Counted from the stretch's first letter, positions 13,851-28,654 are shown. The stretch: 64,000 bases of DNA from Octopus sinensis (GCF_006345805.1 NC_043015.1:44702001-44766000), one strand, 5' to 3'. Numbers and translations are program-made. Notes: generated from the sequence alone by a model not told the origin.

Positions 13851-14071
13851 GGCGTTGGAGTGGCTGTGTGGTAAGTAGCTTGCCTACGAACCACATGGTT
13901 CCTGTTCAATCCCACTGCGTGGCACCTTGGGAAAGTGTTTTCTACTATAGCCTCAGGCCGACCAAAGCCTTGTGAGTGGATTTGGTAGACGGAAACTGAA
14001 AAACGCCCTTCTTATATATGCATATATGTAGTCGGTAAGCAGGCTACTTACCACACAGCCACTCCTGTACC
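13851..14071. mobile_element. Family B SINE 5' half (+) joined to an inverted family B head (-)
   Basis: ggcgttggagtggctgtgtggtaag at 13851; cttaccacacagccactcctgtacc ending at about 14071. Confidence 0.8.
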
Positions 14072-15079
14072 TACTCACCACACAGTCACGTCGTAAGACA
14101 GTTTCCGAAATAATGCGGTTGAAAAGCAAGTTCTTAAACACATAGCCATGTATGCATCTGTAGATAAACATTCTACTTCCAAACCGGAAATGCAACAAAA
14201 TCACTTTACAATGATTTCCGACATTTTAAGCGACACCAGTAGAGGAAATTAATATATTATCCAACTATGACACTATTTCCTGAGAAGATCGGCCGAGAAG
14301 CATAACATGTTCTCAAAGTTTCACTTCTTTTGGTTTAGTCGAACAACAGAATAAGCCGCGAATTCTAGTATCATATACATTCCATGTTTGGTATGAAAGC
14401 GTGTCTGTGTATCCAAATGTTCATCCCACTGTCTATACATAGATTTATACATACACATATACACATATTCATACGTACATACATGCATACCTACATACAT
14501 TCATACATTTATACAGATATATTTGGGGGTCTTTGATATGGAACCACGTCTGTCAAGTTTATATTGCGTTTGGGAATGGCATTAACATTTCAACATCACT
14601 TTTGCTTTGCTTGCTTCAGGTATATGTAATATCAGCATAGTTAGCCATCTGAGTAGTGTCATACATAATGTGAATACATCGTGAGAAAGGAGATTTACTG
14701 TAACATTCGTTCGAAGATAATAACACTTATGGACGTGCTGTGTTAAAAGCAAATAAAACAGTTATAGACGGAAATCTTCTGGCAACAGCGCTGATAATGC
14801 TAGATTAGCATTTCTTCCTTGTTGTGCTTTGTCAGTAGCATATAGTCATTGCTAGGAAAAATTTTTAAAATATCCATTGCTAGTGTTGTAATAAAATAGC
14901 TTCTGGACAATCACTGATGTTGCAACAAAACTCCTGGCTGAATTAAAACCTGTTATAGGCAACAGAAACAAAAGTAGGTTAAAATAGATATGTGTGTATC
15001 ATATCTAAAATGCAAGCATAACAAACGAGTATAGCATCGGTAAAAAAGTGTATTTAACTTACTCAACAGACACATCGTT

Positions 15080-15192
<113 letters not shown>

Positions 15193-16539
15193 AAAGTAAA
15201 TAAATGGTACACAAGGCACCGATATTTACTGGAAAATAGCAATCGTAATAAATACGACGCTATTGTATAGCTTCACTGCGTAAATACTAGCAAAGACGCG
15301 TGTGTGAAACAAACATGACAAAAGTTTGTCTTACCTCTCGGAAGAACATCTGAAAAATGGAAAACCTAGAATCGGGTAAAGCAGGACCGGTTTCAGACTC
15401 TTCAAATACGTTCGACAACGTAGATTTGATTTGTCTTCATCAGCTGCATATACCTAGACAATATTTCAAATGTTGCCACATCTATCCCAGTACACTCGTC
15501 TGAACGCCAAAACGTTAACAGAACGTGAAACAGTGAAGAAGTTTCAATGAAAATAATAATGCAATACGAAAGTATTGTTTTCCAGTAAAAGATAGCCCGT
15601 AAGGGTAAAACTATACATATATATATATATATATATATATGGAAAGTGTTCAGTGGAAGTATCACAGTTCAATATCAAAACTGAAGTAAAACACGAGTCA
15701 CTACGTACTTATATATTAAATGTCATATTTTATATTACTTTCTCTGTTGTAGATTAAATAAACTACTTTTTTCAGGATTCAGTCGCAAATCTAATACGGA
15801 AAACAATTCTCATTTTAGCAGCGTTTGTTTATTGGGATTGAAAGCTTTTTATATAAAATTGCAATTTCATGCTGTTAACAATGGCCAAAAATATCAATGA
15901 GCGAATATTTGCTGTGTAATGAACGATTTCATGAGCCTTTCACAATTAAATTGCGATTTTAAATCATCGATTGAGACGAAACAATAAAACAATGAATGCA
16001 GTTAAACTAAGAGAAAAAGATATTCTCGAATTATTCAATATTCTTCTGCCATTATGGAACCTTTATAAATTAAAACCAGCGTGAATATACAGCTGATTAA
16101 ATACAAATATTTCCTGAAATTGCAATATATTGTTTAATTTAGAATTAAAAAAAAGAAGAAGAAAAAGCAAGGCAAACAATAATGTATCAAAGAAAGGCAT
16201 AGGAAAATATGTATTACATGGAATGGAGAAGAGCGTATTATAGATAGAAATGAGTTTATTTTATTCGTTATTATATTTTATCTTATGCGATGCGAAAAAT
16301 TATGGACTGTTCATTTTATTTATAATTCTACGCAGAGAAAGACACATATTCTAGCACAATCACACATTTCTTTCTCTTTCTTTCTTTCTCCGCGCGCTCT
16401 CTATTTCCCCTCATCTCCTCCTTTCTCTCTCAGTTTGTATACATGAGTACATTTGTGCGAGTGTTTGTGCGTGCATATATAGTGTGTGCCTGTGTGTGTA
16501 TGGTATGTAGAGATTTATTTATTGATTATGCATATGCAT

Positions 16540-16583
<44 letters not shown>

Positions 16584-16618
16584 TATATATGTATATATAT
16601 AATATATATATATATATA

Positions 16619-16681
<63 letters not shown>

Positions 16682-17312
16682 ATATATATATATGTATATA
16701 CATTTATATGTCTGTATTTATGTATATGTATATACGTGAGACTGTGTGTGTATACATTCACACATTATTTTTATACATGCAAACACATTCACGTACGTGT
16801 TAGTTTGTGTTTGAGCAGCAAATTTCTGATTTGTATACAGCAGCAAAGCTAAAAATTACACAATACAAGAAATAACATAATATTGCACTAATCCATTTAT
16901 TCTAACCTGTTCACCTATCCTCCTCCTCCTCCTCCTCCCCTGGAGTCAGAGATAAACATCATTATCACAGCGTATCTACAGTGTAAGTGAAAATATGCAT
17001 GAACGACGTTCTGGTGGATAGCCATGATACATACAAACACCAACACCCACACAACACTCTTATCTTTTAAAGTTAACTTGTTTCAGTCATTTTACAGCGG
17101 TCATGCAAGGATGCTGCCTGGAATAGTTTAGTGGAACAGAGAGGCTTCTTGCAGTTTCCTCTCAAGCAAATTTACGCATAAGGCTTTAATCGGGCACAGC
17201 GGCTATAGTAGAAGCTTGCCCCATGCGTTAACAGTGTGCAATTATGCTCAGAATTGAACTCAGAACTCAAGGGTTGGGAAGCAAACTGCCTGTCACACAA
17301 CTGAGACTGAGC

Positions 17313-17750
<438 letters not shown>

Positions 17751-17924
17751 GCTTTCGTTTTTTGGTTCTAATCTGATTCCGTATATGCATTATGCTTTTC
17801 TGTATTTAACTCTCTTGTTATCGATGTATTCCATTTTGTTTTATTTCATATATGAGTCCCTACTCATTTATCCTTGTATATTTTATTATAGATTTTATGG
17901 TTTTATTGCTTGTATGAGAAGAAT

Positions 17925-18375
17925 TCTTTCAATCTATTGACCAATGCTGGCTGTTGTTGTCGGAGTTTCTTATGCATTGTCCTCTATTTGCTGACAAAAC
18001 TTCTCCGCCGTAACGGTTTCGCCTGGATCCAAAAAGCTGTGATGGATGAGACCGGCCCCAGACCACCAAACAGTAACTATGACCTTCTTCTGGTGCAAAT
18101 TTGGCTTCAGAAAGGACCGTAGAGCTTCGTCGGCGCCTAGTCACTGAGCTGAGCGTCGCCGGTTGTCGTAAAGAATCCACTTTTCATCGCAAGTAGTCAC
18201 AATCCGGTCGAGAAGCGGGTCGTTCTTGTTGCGTAAAAGAAAGGCAGACGACACTTCAAAACGGCGTTTTTTTTTTTTTTTTTTTTTTTTTGTCGTTCAG
18301 TTCATGCGGCTCCAATTTCTCAAGTATTTTTGCCTTTCCAATCTCTTTCAAATGGTCGGAAATTGTCGTATACGT
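17925..18375 (-). mobile_element. Mariner transposase relic (catalytic domain)
   Basis: TTISDHLKEIGKAKILEKLEPHELND (degenerate WVPHEL), RFEVSS..RNKNDPLLDRIVTTCDEKWILYDNRRRSAQ*, KPNLHQKKVIVTVWWS..LIHHSFLDPGETVTAEKFCQQI; internal stops. Confidence 0.92.
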
Positions 18376-19442
18376 TTATTTTGGAGGCGGATGAAATGCT
18401 ACTCTAACAAAAAGAAAATTGTGTTGTTAATGAAACAATCGAAATGGCAAGCAAAAGAGAAACAAAAATGGCGTACTTATTTGAAAAGTCGCCTAGGAGA
18501 CACATCTGCAGCTATGATGCATGACAATTGATTACACAGCACCTCACCGCTAAGGTATGGGTGCATTTTGAGTGAAAATGGCTGTAGTAGATTTGAATAA
18601 AGAATCTCGGGATTTCCAATTTTTGTCTCTCCTCTTTTTATATACACACTCTTAAATACGGGTGTATGAGTGTATGCGTACATTGTGTGTTTACATATGA
18701 ATTTATATATAAATAGAAATCCATTATAACACAGAAGCACGCACAGGAGTGTATGCTTGTGTGTGGTGTGTGTGGGTGTGTGTGTGTGTATATATATGTG
18801 TGTTTGTGTATATATATATATGTGTGTATGTGTATGTTATATGTATATATATATATACATATATATATACATGGTGTTTTGTGTGTATATATATATATAT
18901 GTGTGTGTATGTGTATGTATATATGTATATATATACATACATACATAATATATATATATATAATATATATATTATCTATATATATAATATATAATATATA
19001 TATATATATATAAATATATATACATATATACATACACACACATGTGATTTTATGTCCGAAATGCACGTGAGTGTATGTATTTGCTGAAGTGATACATGAT
19101 TTGAGAGAATATATAACGATGTTATTCCTTGTTGCCCTCAAGAGGAGCAGATGTTTCTATCAAATACTAAAAGAAATACACAGCTAGTAAACAGTACATA
19201 GAATTAAGATAATCCTTGATTAGGACTTACGTCAATTTAAATCTTAAAGTTGGCGAAACCATCACAAAAACACAAATCCTGAGTTCATGATTATCAAATC
19301 CTGAGTTCATGATTATCAAATTGCTTTTCATGTAACGTGTCCATATAATCTTTGCATGCCGATTTCAATCCTGGCTTTAGAATCTGAGCACCCCGTGATA
19401 CACACCATTTGAAGAAATGAATATCAGTGCATGATATAAGCG

Positions 19443-19518
19443 TGGAGGCACATGGCGTAGTGGTTAGAGCCGCGGTCGAGGGATCGCGGATTCGAATCTC
19501 AGACCGGGCGATGTGTGA
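19443..19518 (+). mobile_element. Family C SINE tRNA-like head
   Basis: gtggaggcacatggcgtagtggttagagc...gattcgaatc matches the 5' end of 38704-39018. Confidence 0.8.
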
Positions 19519-19729
19519 TAGAATTTTGTCAGTGAACAGGTCGCGGTCTTAAAGCGACGAATATATTTTGGCAAATAAAATTTAAATGTTGAAGTGAATC
19601 TAACGGTTTTTGTGTGTTTCTTAAATGGCTTATAAACACCTTCCACGTTGCAAAATAAATAAATAAATAAATCGATAAGGAAAAGCAACAAAAGATACAT
19701 TGTTACAATCCAATATTTCATCCTATCTA

Positions 19730-19870
19730 GGCGCTAAGCTAGCGCAATCGTTAGCGCGCCGGACAAAATACATTTCATCCGTCTTTACGTACTGAGTTCA
19801 AATTGCGTAGAAGTCGACTATGTTTTTCACCATTTTCATGGTCGATAAATGAAATCCCGATTAAGCACTA
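19730..19870 (+). mobile_element. Degraded family A SINE
   Basis: aatcgttagcgcgccgg...gagttcaaattg...gtcgataaa. Confidence 0.65.
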
Positions 19871-19880
19871 TATATGTATA

Positions 19881-19932
<52 letters not shown>

Positions 19933-19959
19933 ATATCTATATATATATATACATATATA

Positions 19960-20200
19960 TATAGTGAATCCAAACAAAGAAGAAAATCATGAAAAAAGAA
20001 CAACGCGAGAACGTGGTACTAGTACTGTCTTGTTTATCAGACGCCCAGGAAAGGAAAGAAAGAGGATTTTATGTTTCTAGCAAAGCTCTTCTTCGGAATA
20101 GAGAAAAGTCCAAAAGAAGGGAAGGCGGAGGAAGAAGATCGCCAGTGATACGCACGTGGTTACATTCTGAAATATATGTATGTATGTCGCTCTATATATA
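19960..20200 (-). mobile_element. Penelope-like repeat P1, degenerate hammerhead
   Basis: Homologous to 8241-8460; minus 20066-20100 reads TATT CCGAAGA A GAGC TTT GCTA GAA ACAT A AAAT. Confidence 0.6.
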
Positions 20201-20325
20201 TATATAAATCCTTAAAAATCCTTGAACATGATTTAGCCCGAAGGTCGCGGCCATGCTGGGGCACCACCGCTGATATATATATATATATATATTCTTTTAT
20301 TCCGTTATTCTTTTATTCTTTTATT

Positions 20326-20720
20326 TGCTTCAGTGCGGTCATGCTGGAGCACCGCCTTTAGTCGAGCAAATCGTGCCCCAGGACTTATTCTTTGTAATCC
20401 TACTACTTATTCTAACGGTCTCTCTTGCCGAACCGCCAATTGATGAGGACGTAAACACACCACCATCGGTTGTCAAGTGATGTTGGGGGGGACAAACACA
20501 GACACACGAACATATACATACACACACACGCACACACACACACACACACACACATATATACACATATATACTACGAGCTTCTTTCAATTTCCGTCTACCA
20601 AATTCACTCACAAGGATTTGGTCGGCCCGAGGCTATAATAGAAGACACTTGCCCAAGGTGTCACGCAGTGGGACTGAACCCGAAACCATGTGGTTGGTAA
20701 GCAAGCTACTTACCACTCCT
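20326..20720 (-). mobile_element. Family B SINE, near full length
   Basis: Reverse complement match to the family B copy at 49069-49484. Confidence 0.88.
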
Positions 20721-21270
20721 ATATCCACTCCTCTATATATATAGCCTATACATATATATATTGTATTGTTTATATATTTAATATTGGAGTCTCTATACTT
20801 ATGTGTATGCGTGTTTGAGTGTGTCTTTCGATGTATCTACGTAGGTGTGTCAGAGACTCATAAATATCTACTGACTCATATACATACAAATCGTAAATTC
20901 TGAAACAACCATTTATAATATATCAGCAACGATGTCAAAATATGTTAACAATTCATTTGTTAAATATGCTAAAACAAATATCTGCTCCGATGACTGCAGT
21001 GTGTTCACGTGACGTTTAACGCGGCCGAAGTGCAAAGAAACCGTTGAACGGAGGTTAGTTGTTATGGAAGGAAGGAATCGGCTACAGAGCGATAATGAAC
21101 TTTCAAGACAAGCTGACGAACAAAAAAGTTATGTTCTATTTGGATTTATCCCAGATTAAATACTATCTTATCTCACATTTATTCAATGGATTTCGTGTAA
21201 ATCGTTCCCCTTCTTATTTTGTATGCGTCTTCTTCCTTTGTATAGCAAAACGTGTTTCCGTGTATGTGTT

Positions 21271-21313
<43 letters not shown>

Positions 21314-21316
21314 TAT

Positions 21317-21360
<44 letters not shown>

Positions 21361-21525
21361 GAGTTGTATGCGTCTGTTGTATATGTATATAAATATAAAT
21401 ATACATTATGAGTTATACGTTTTCAGATACGTTTCATTTGTTGCATCTTTTCGTTTGCTGGTTATCTATGTTCTTTATTTTACGCTAGTAAATACGCACA
21501 CACCACATATATATATACTAGATAT

Positions 21526-21559
<34 letters not shown>

Positions 21560-21806
21560 ATACTATATATATATATGTATATTGTGTATATATCTATCTA
21601 TCTATATATATATATATATATTATATTTCTATATATATATTCATATACATATATAATATATATATGTGTGTGGTGTGTGTGTGCATGTATGGCAGATAGA
21701 CTAAGCAAGAAAGAGAGACTAAGCAAGACTACACTAATTTCTCAATTTTACTCATTTACAGACACACATGCACATAACTTACACACGCATATATATATAA
21801 ACACAT

Positions 21807-21849
<43 letters not shown>

Positions 21850-21851
<2 letters not shown>

Positions 21852-22085
21852 GTTAAAGTTAATCCAAACCAGAAAACAAAAAGACAACAACGCGAGGACG
21901 TGGAACAAATATAGTATTATTGGACGCTCAGGAAAGAAGGCAAGAAGGAGGGTTTGACGTTTCGAGCGGACCTCTTCGTCGGAAACATAGGAGAAGGAAA
22001 GATCCCGAGAAGGGAAGAGAGAGGGAAAAAAATCGCTAGTGATACAGACGAGGTCACATACTAAAAGGCGGAAGTGGTGAAGGTA
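21850..22085 (-). mobile_element. Penelope-like repeat P1 with hammerhead-like motif
   Basis: Minus 21952-21986 reads GTTT CCGACGA A GAGG TCC GCTC GAA ACGT C AAAC. Confidence 0.7.
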
Positions 22086-22148
22086 GATGAAAATGTTTTC
22101 AAAAAACAGGAGAGCTATATCAAAGACGGAATGGTAAATACATATATA

Positions 22149-22420
22149 CCGTAAATACTCGAGTATAATCCGCATTTTTTCCCCAAAATTTAAAGATCAA
22201 ATCCCTAGTGCGTATTATATACGAGGTTAAAAATGAAAAATATCTTCTAAGCAGTGTCCGAGACTCTGTTTGCTGTCGGGCAATGTTTATTCAGACGCAT
22301 TTTGTGATGTCGGTCGCGAAAATACCTTTAGCTAAGCCTGAAAGCAATGAAGTCATAAAAGAACCATCCATAACATGCTGTAAGCAACATTTATTAAAAT
22401 AAAAGTATTCAGAGCACAGA
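22149..22420 (+). mobile_element. Probable Tc2/pogo-type DNA transposon end
   Basis: TA followed by ccgtaaatactcgagtataatccgc resembles Tc2/Kanga-type TIRs; the partner TIR was not found. Confidence 0.5.
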
Positions 22421-22497
22421 ATAACATACATGCATACATACATGCTTACATACATACTTACATACATACATACATACGTACATACATACATACATGC

Positions 22498-22528
<31 letters not shown>

Positions 22529-23659
22529 CATACATACATACACATACATACATACATACATACGTACATACATACATACATGCATACATACATACATACA
22601 TACGTGGAATGCAATACATTATATATATATCATATTTACTTTTTTATAAGTGGATCGGTAATGTTTCTGAGCAAGCCAATGTTTTCGTGTGATACTTAAA
22701 ATATTTTTGAAGATCATATGAAAAAGTCTTCCGGCACAGAAATGGATAGCATTCCATGAGATCTGCTTGATTTTTAAAAATAGTTACGTTTTGTACATTA
22801 TGATATACGAATATCTAATGTATATATACATATGTGTGTGTGCGTGTGTGTGTGTGTGTGTGTGTGAGTGTATTTTTCCCTTGTTACCTTGCGTTTAACT
22901 CCATATATAAATATAATATTCCTACTTGATATTTCTTTGCTTCCAAAGTGCATTTTAGTAGTGAAATATTAATATATCAATGAGCTAAACGCAGGCTCTC
23001 TTTTCGGAGTATAAGTTATCATAAAACACGAATTTAAATACAAGAGATATTATAACAAAATATAGAGTTTATCTAATCAAACATATTATTATATGTATTA
23101 CGAAGAGAATAATACAGAATATTCTGTAATATGCAGAGAATTTTTTAAAGCAATAAATGTGATATTGAACAGTTTTATATCAACAGCATAAGAATACCCT
23201 GAATTTATTATAGAACCTTGGAGAATATTTGGTGAATGTTTCCTGTGGAAAATTTCATATAAACATTCATGTGGTAGAATGCACAAATGCTCTGACAGAT
23301 GCATTATTATATCTCTATGAATGGCAAATGTTAGAGCTACAGCCACGTTCTACGCTCTTTGTTAAACTGGTTTAAGAAAACTCGACGTAGTCATTCAGAG
23401 TCGCTCAAAGATGATGCTACTTTGGTAAAAATAAGAGGAATCCTTCAGTTAATGATAACATGTCAAATATTTGAAAAAAAATCAATATAGCTTCAGATAT
23501 GGCTATGAGAGGGACAGGAAAGGATTTGTGGTTAAAGAAGCGCGATTTGCAACCTCTGCCCTCGGGTTCAGTGCTACTTTATGCAAGTGCCTTCTACTGC
23601 TACTACTACTCCCGATTGATCACGAGACTTGTGAGCAAATACCGAAGAGAGAAGGAATA

Positions 23660-23707
<48 letters not shown>

Positions 23708-23724
23708 ATATAGATATATATATA

Positions 23725-23985
23725 TATCACCGTGATCACCGTGACCGACCAGGTTATCAGATGTTGCTACACATCGCTGGTCACAATGCGCTTCGCATTG
23801 TTTAGAGCCTTCAAATGACGCCACCCCACTTGGCTAAGCGAGCAGGCCCAAACAAAGAAAGAGTGAGAGAAAGTTGTGGCGAAAGAATACAGCAGGAATC
23901 GCCACCAACCCCTGCAGGAGCCTCGTGGAAGTTTAGGTGTTTTCGCTCAATAAACACTCACAACGCCCGGTCTGGGAATCGAAAC

Positions 23986-23990
<5 letters not shown>
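23725..23990 (-). mobile_element. Family C variant SINE (shared body, different tail)
   Basis: Shares ttcgccacaactttctctcactctttc with 38704-39018; tail shared with 8685-8800. Confidence 0.8.
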
Positions 23991-24025
<35 letters not shown>

Positions 24026-24183
24026 ATATATATTATATATATATCTATATATATCAAAATAAGCAACAGGATATCCTTGTTTCCTATTTTGATTTTAATC
24101 ACCTTACTTTGAAATTGTATGGATAATACCGTACTAAATTCTGGTGCCTCAAATTGAATACCATATTCATCTGAGATAGTTTT

Positions 24184-24330
24184 TGGGGAAAGAGTCAGAG
24201 AAGTTCGCTTTTACCTTCTGCCGGAGCCGCATGGAGCTGTAGGTGTTTCGCTCATAAACACACACATCGCGCAGTCTGAGATTCGATCCGGCAATCCCTC
24301 GACCGCATATCCGCTGCGGTACTGCATTGC
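24184..24330 (-). mobile_element. Family C SINE fragment
   Basis: ccttctgccggagccgc...tttcgctcataaacacacacatcgc matches 38880-38960. Confidence 0.8.
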
Positions 24331-24421
24331 CATAAGAGTTAAAATTGGAATAGAAGCTGGTTGTCTATACTATTCTTAGTAAATAAGAAAGAAAAGGATC
24401 ATGGCGTGAAATAGTTAATCC

Positions 24422-24521
24422 NNNNNNNNNNNNNNNNNNNNNNNNNNNNNNNNNNNNNNNNNNNNNNNNNNNNNNNNNNNNNNNNNNNNNNNNNNNNNNN
24501 NNNNNNNNNNNNNNNNNNNNN
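24422..24521. other. Assembly gap (100 N)
   Basis: Run of exactly 100 n, a likely placeholder of unknown true size. Confidence 0.99.
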
Positions 24522-26330
24522 CATGCATACAAACATACATGCACACACATACATACACACATTCATACATTCATGCGTACAATCATACATAAATGCATGC
24601 ATGCATGCATACATTCATACATACATACACACATAGATACATACATACATGTATACATACAAATATACATACATACGTGCATACATGCATGCATACATGC
24701 ATGCATATATGCATGCATACATACATACGAACACATATACATACATACATAAATGCATGCATACATACATGCATACACACATACATGTATACACACATAT
24801 ATATATACATACATGCATACATACATACACACATAGATACATACATACATGTATACATACAAATATACATACATACGTGCATACATGCATGCATACATGC
24901 ATGCATATATGCATGCATACATACATACGAACACATATACATACATACATAAATGTATGCATACATACATGCATACACACATACATGTATACACACATAC
25001 ATATATACATACATGCATACATACATACATGTATGTATGCATTCATACATTATCAGAATATTCTAACACACACGCGCACAAACATATAGATATATGCAAC
25101 AACATATACCCGCACACACACACATTGGCAGATATATGCACTCATGCATTCACGGATACATTCATACACATGTGCACACACACATGCACACGAACATGTA
25201 GATTCAGACATGGAAACATAAACATGAAGAAAATTATATAGACAGGCCCTTACACACACACGCACACACACACACGAATACACATACATGCACACACATA
25301 CACACACATGCATACACGCACGCACACACACGCATGTGCACACATGCACGCACACGCATGTGCACACATGCACGCACACGCATGTGCACATATGCACACA
25401 CGCATGCACATACACACACATGGACACACATACACACACACATACACACGCACGCACACATACACATATACACACATGCACACACACACACACGCACACA
25501 CATACACACATACACACACATACACACGCATACACATGCCAACAGATGCACTCACAAATATTCACTTAACGAACATAATAGACGTACGAAAACAAACGTG
25601 AACGTGCAAACATTCACTGTCAAGGACGCGCTCACACACATACACACACGTACACACACACACACACACGCACACACACGCACACACACAAAACACAGCA
25701 CACAACACATACAAACGCACTCATACACACGCACAGTCTCAGTCGCATGCACACTCATACACACAATTAAATAATGCACACACACACACACACGAGTGCA
25801 CACGCGTACACATACACACACACACACACACTCTAAGAGGATCACTTATATTCATATTCACACACGCTAAGATGCACGCACGCATGCACGTAGATGCACA
25901 CATGCATGCATGTTGATGCACACTCACTCAGAAACCTATATACATCCACACAAACGACTTCTACGCGTACACACATAGACACATACACACATTCCAAAGT
26001 AAACACACACGCACACATGTATATATATACATACATACACAGACAGACACCTGTAAACACACAAGTATCTTCGCATTCACAAATGCGCATAATTACACAC
26101 TTGTACGTGCATATACAAACATACCCGCAATACTATCACCCTTTCATACACACACATTGGTACACTTAATACGGGTACTCATATTTTCATAAAAGTGACA
26201 GGCCTCACACACATACACACGCATAAAAACACGAAAATCACACACACACGCACACACACACACACATATACATTGACACATACATACAAACACACACACA
26301 CATGTACACGTACCTAGTTTGAAGTGTAAA
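24522..26330. repeat. Compound (CATA/CA/TGCA) low-complexity tract with an internal 200-bp duplication
   Basis: acatagatac at 24631 and 24831 with identical flanks. Confidence 0.9.
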
Positions 26331-26337
26331 TGTACAT

Positions 26338-26570
26338 ACCTATTTCTTTACTACCCACAAGGGGCTAAACACAGAGGGGACAAACAAGGACAGACAAACG
26401 GATTAAGTCGATTATATCGACCCCAGTGCGTAACTGGTACTTAATTTATCGACCCCGAAAGGATGAAAGGCAAAGTCGACCTCGGAGGAATTTGAACTCA
26501 GAACGTAACGGCTGACGAAATACGGCTACGCATTTCGCCCGGCGTGCTAACGATTCTGCCAGCTTGCCGC
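26338..26570 (-). mobile_element. Family A SINE monomer
   Basis: Head plus one unit in reverse complement; followed by a family B head fragment at about 26610-26689. Confidence 0.9.
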
Positions 26571-26797
26571 ATACATACATACATACATACCGGCACACAC
26601 ACACACACTTGGCCAAGGTGCCACGCAGTGGGACTGAACCCGGAACCATGTGGTTGGTAAGCAAGCTACTTACCACACAGCCACTCCTGTATATTCATAT
26701 ACAAACATGCATGCATTCATATGCACCTTGCATGCAGGCTGTTAGACAAAACATACGTAGATAGTACACGCATATTTCCATAAAAAGACATGCCTCT

Positions 26798-26836
<39 letters not shown>

Positions 26837-27134
26837 ACACACCACACACATACACACACCACAAAACCACATGAAGCGCATGTATCGATTTGGCCTGCCT
26901 CTTTAACACTCCCATTCTTTGTCGAAATTTCTATATCTGGACAGCCAATGGAATGACGACACGTCATCGAGTAACCTCCGTGCGTTCCGTGGAAATTTCA
27001 AAATGCACATCCAGATTTGTAGGCTGAAGAAGACACAAAGGACTTTCACACCCCTCGGCACCCTCGTGACTAACAAGGACACCGCCAGCACCACCACTAC
27101 GATCCCCACGATGACAACAACGACGACGACGACG

Positions 27135-27179
27135 TAGATGATGATGATGATGATGATGGTAGTGATGATGATGATGATG

Positions 27180-27216
<37 letters not shown>

Positions 27217-27395
27217 AGTGATGATGATGATGGTGATGATGATGATGATGATGATAGTGATGATGATGATGGTGATGATGGTGGTGATGATGATGGTGGT
27301 GATGATGATGGTAGTGATGATGATGGTAGTGATGATGATGATGATGATGATGATGATCATGATGGTGATGATGATGGTAGTGATGATGATGGTAG

Positions 27396-27433
<38 letters not shown>

Positions 27434-27446
27434 TTGATGATGATAG

Positions 27447-27480
<34 letters not shown>

Positions 27481-27515
27481 AGTGATGATGTTAGTGATGA
27501 TGATGATGATGATGT
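27135..27515. repeat. (GAT)n microsatellite
   Basis: Direct reading. Confidence 0.95.
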
Positions 27516-28093
27516 AGACGACAACCCATTATCATCGTCATCAACACGATGTGCATTATCATTACCAGGACCAACATCATCATCATCATCATCATCAACA
27601 CTGCTGTTTCTTTTTATTGGGTAGCAGAACCGGTTGAGCGCTAGATTCAGTTTTGGTCCCACCATACTCATACAGTTTGCATTTTTCTCGGAGAGAAAAT
27701 ACAGAATATAATGAAATAATATCTAACCTGTGGGGGGCCAATAAGAAATCTCTCAAAGATACCAGCCCTATACAAGGTGACAACGTGGTAGATTCGTTAG
27801 TGCACCTGATTGTATACCTTGTGGTATTGTTCTGGCTTTCTGCCCTACGAATTCAAATCACTCCGAGGTAAATTGCGCCTTTCATCATTCTAGGTCCATA
27901 ATATAAAGTACCCTACCACAAGGTCCAGTCCCAATTATCCTGAGTGCTATACCAGAGAGCCGTAAGCTCCCGGCAGGGCAGCTATGTTGGACAGATTAAA
28001 GGATAGGGGCCAGACTAAGTTTAACTGCCTCTTTCCAAACGTGAAAAAAAGGGTTTCCACAAAAAAAGCGAAGTTACCACCACAACGATCACC

Positions 28094-28116
28094 ATGATGA
28101 CAACAAAGACGACGAC

Positions 28117-28150
<34 letters not shown>

Positions 28151-28229
28151 GTAGTGATGAAGATGATGATGATGATGGTATTGATGATGATTATGATCAT
28201 GATGATGATAAGGATGATGATGATCATGG

Positions 28230-28272
<43 letters not shown>

Positions 28273-28289
28273 AATGATGATGATGGTAG

Positions 28290-28330
<41 letters not shown>

Positions 28331-28427
28331 GTAGTGATGAAGATGATGATGATGATGGTATTGATGATGATTATGATCATGATGATGATTATGATCATGA
28401 TGATGATAAGGATGATGATGATCATGG

Positions 28428-28468
<41 letters not shown>

Positions 28469-28490
28469 GTGATAATGATGATGATGGTAG

Positions 28491-28528
<38 letters not shown>

Positions 28529-28607
28529 GTAGTGATGAAGATGATGATGATGATGGTATTGATGATGATTATGATCATGATGATGATAAGGATGATGATG
28601 ATCATGG

Positions 28608-28654
<47 letters not shown>

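Noticed and set aside
15335-15453. VYAADEDKS as a cadherin calcium-binding motif
   Set aside because: Downstream residues do not follow a cadherin repeat, the acceptor is weak, and the motif coincides with the CTGATGA hammerhead-like relic
21059-21856. 265-aa ORF and the many YI/CV/HT/YVCM/poly-Met/poly-Ile ORFs in the track
   Set aside because: Products of TA, CA, TATG and trinucleotide microsatellites that lack stop codons in some frames
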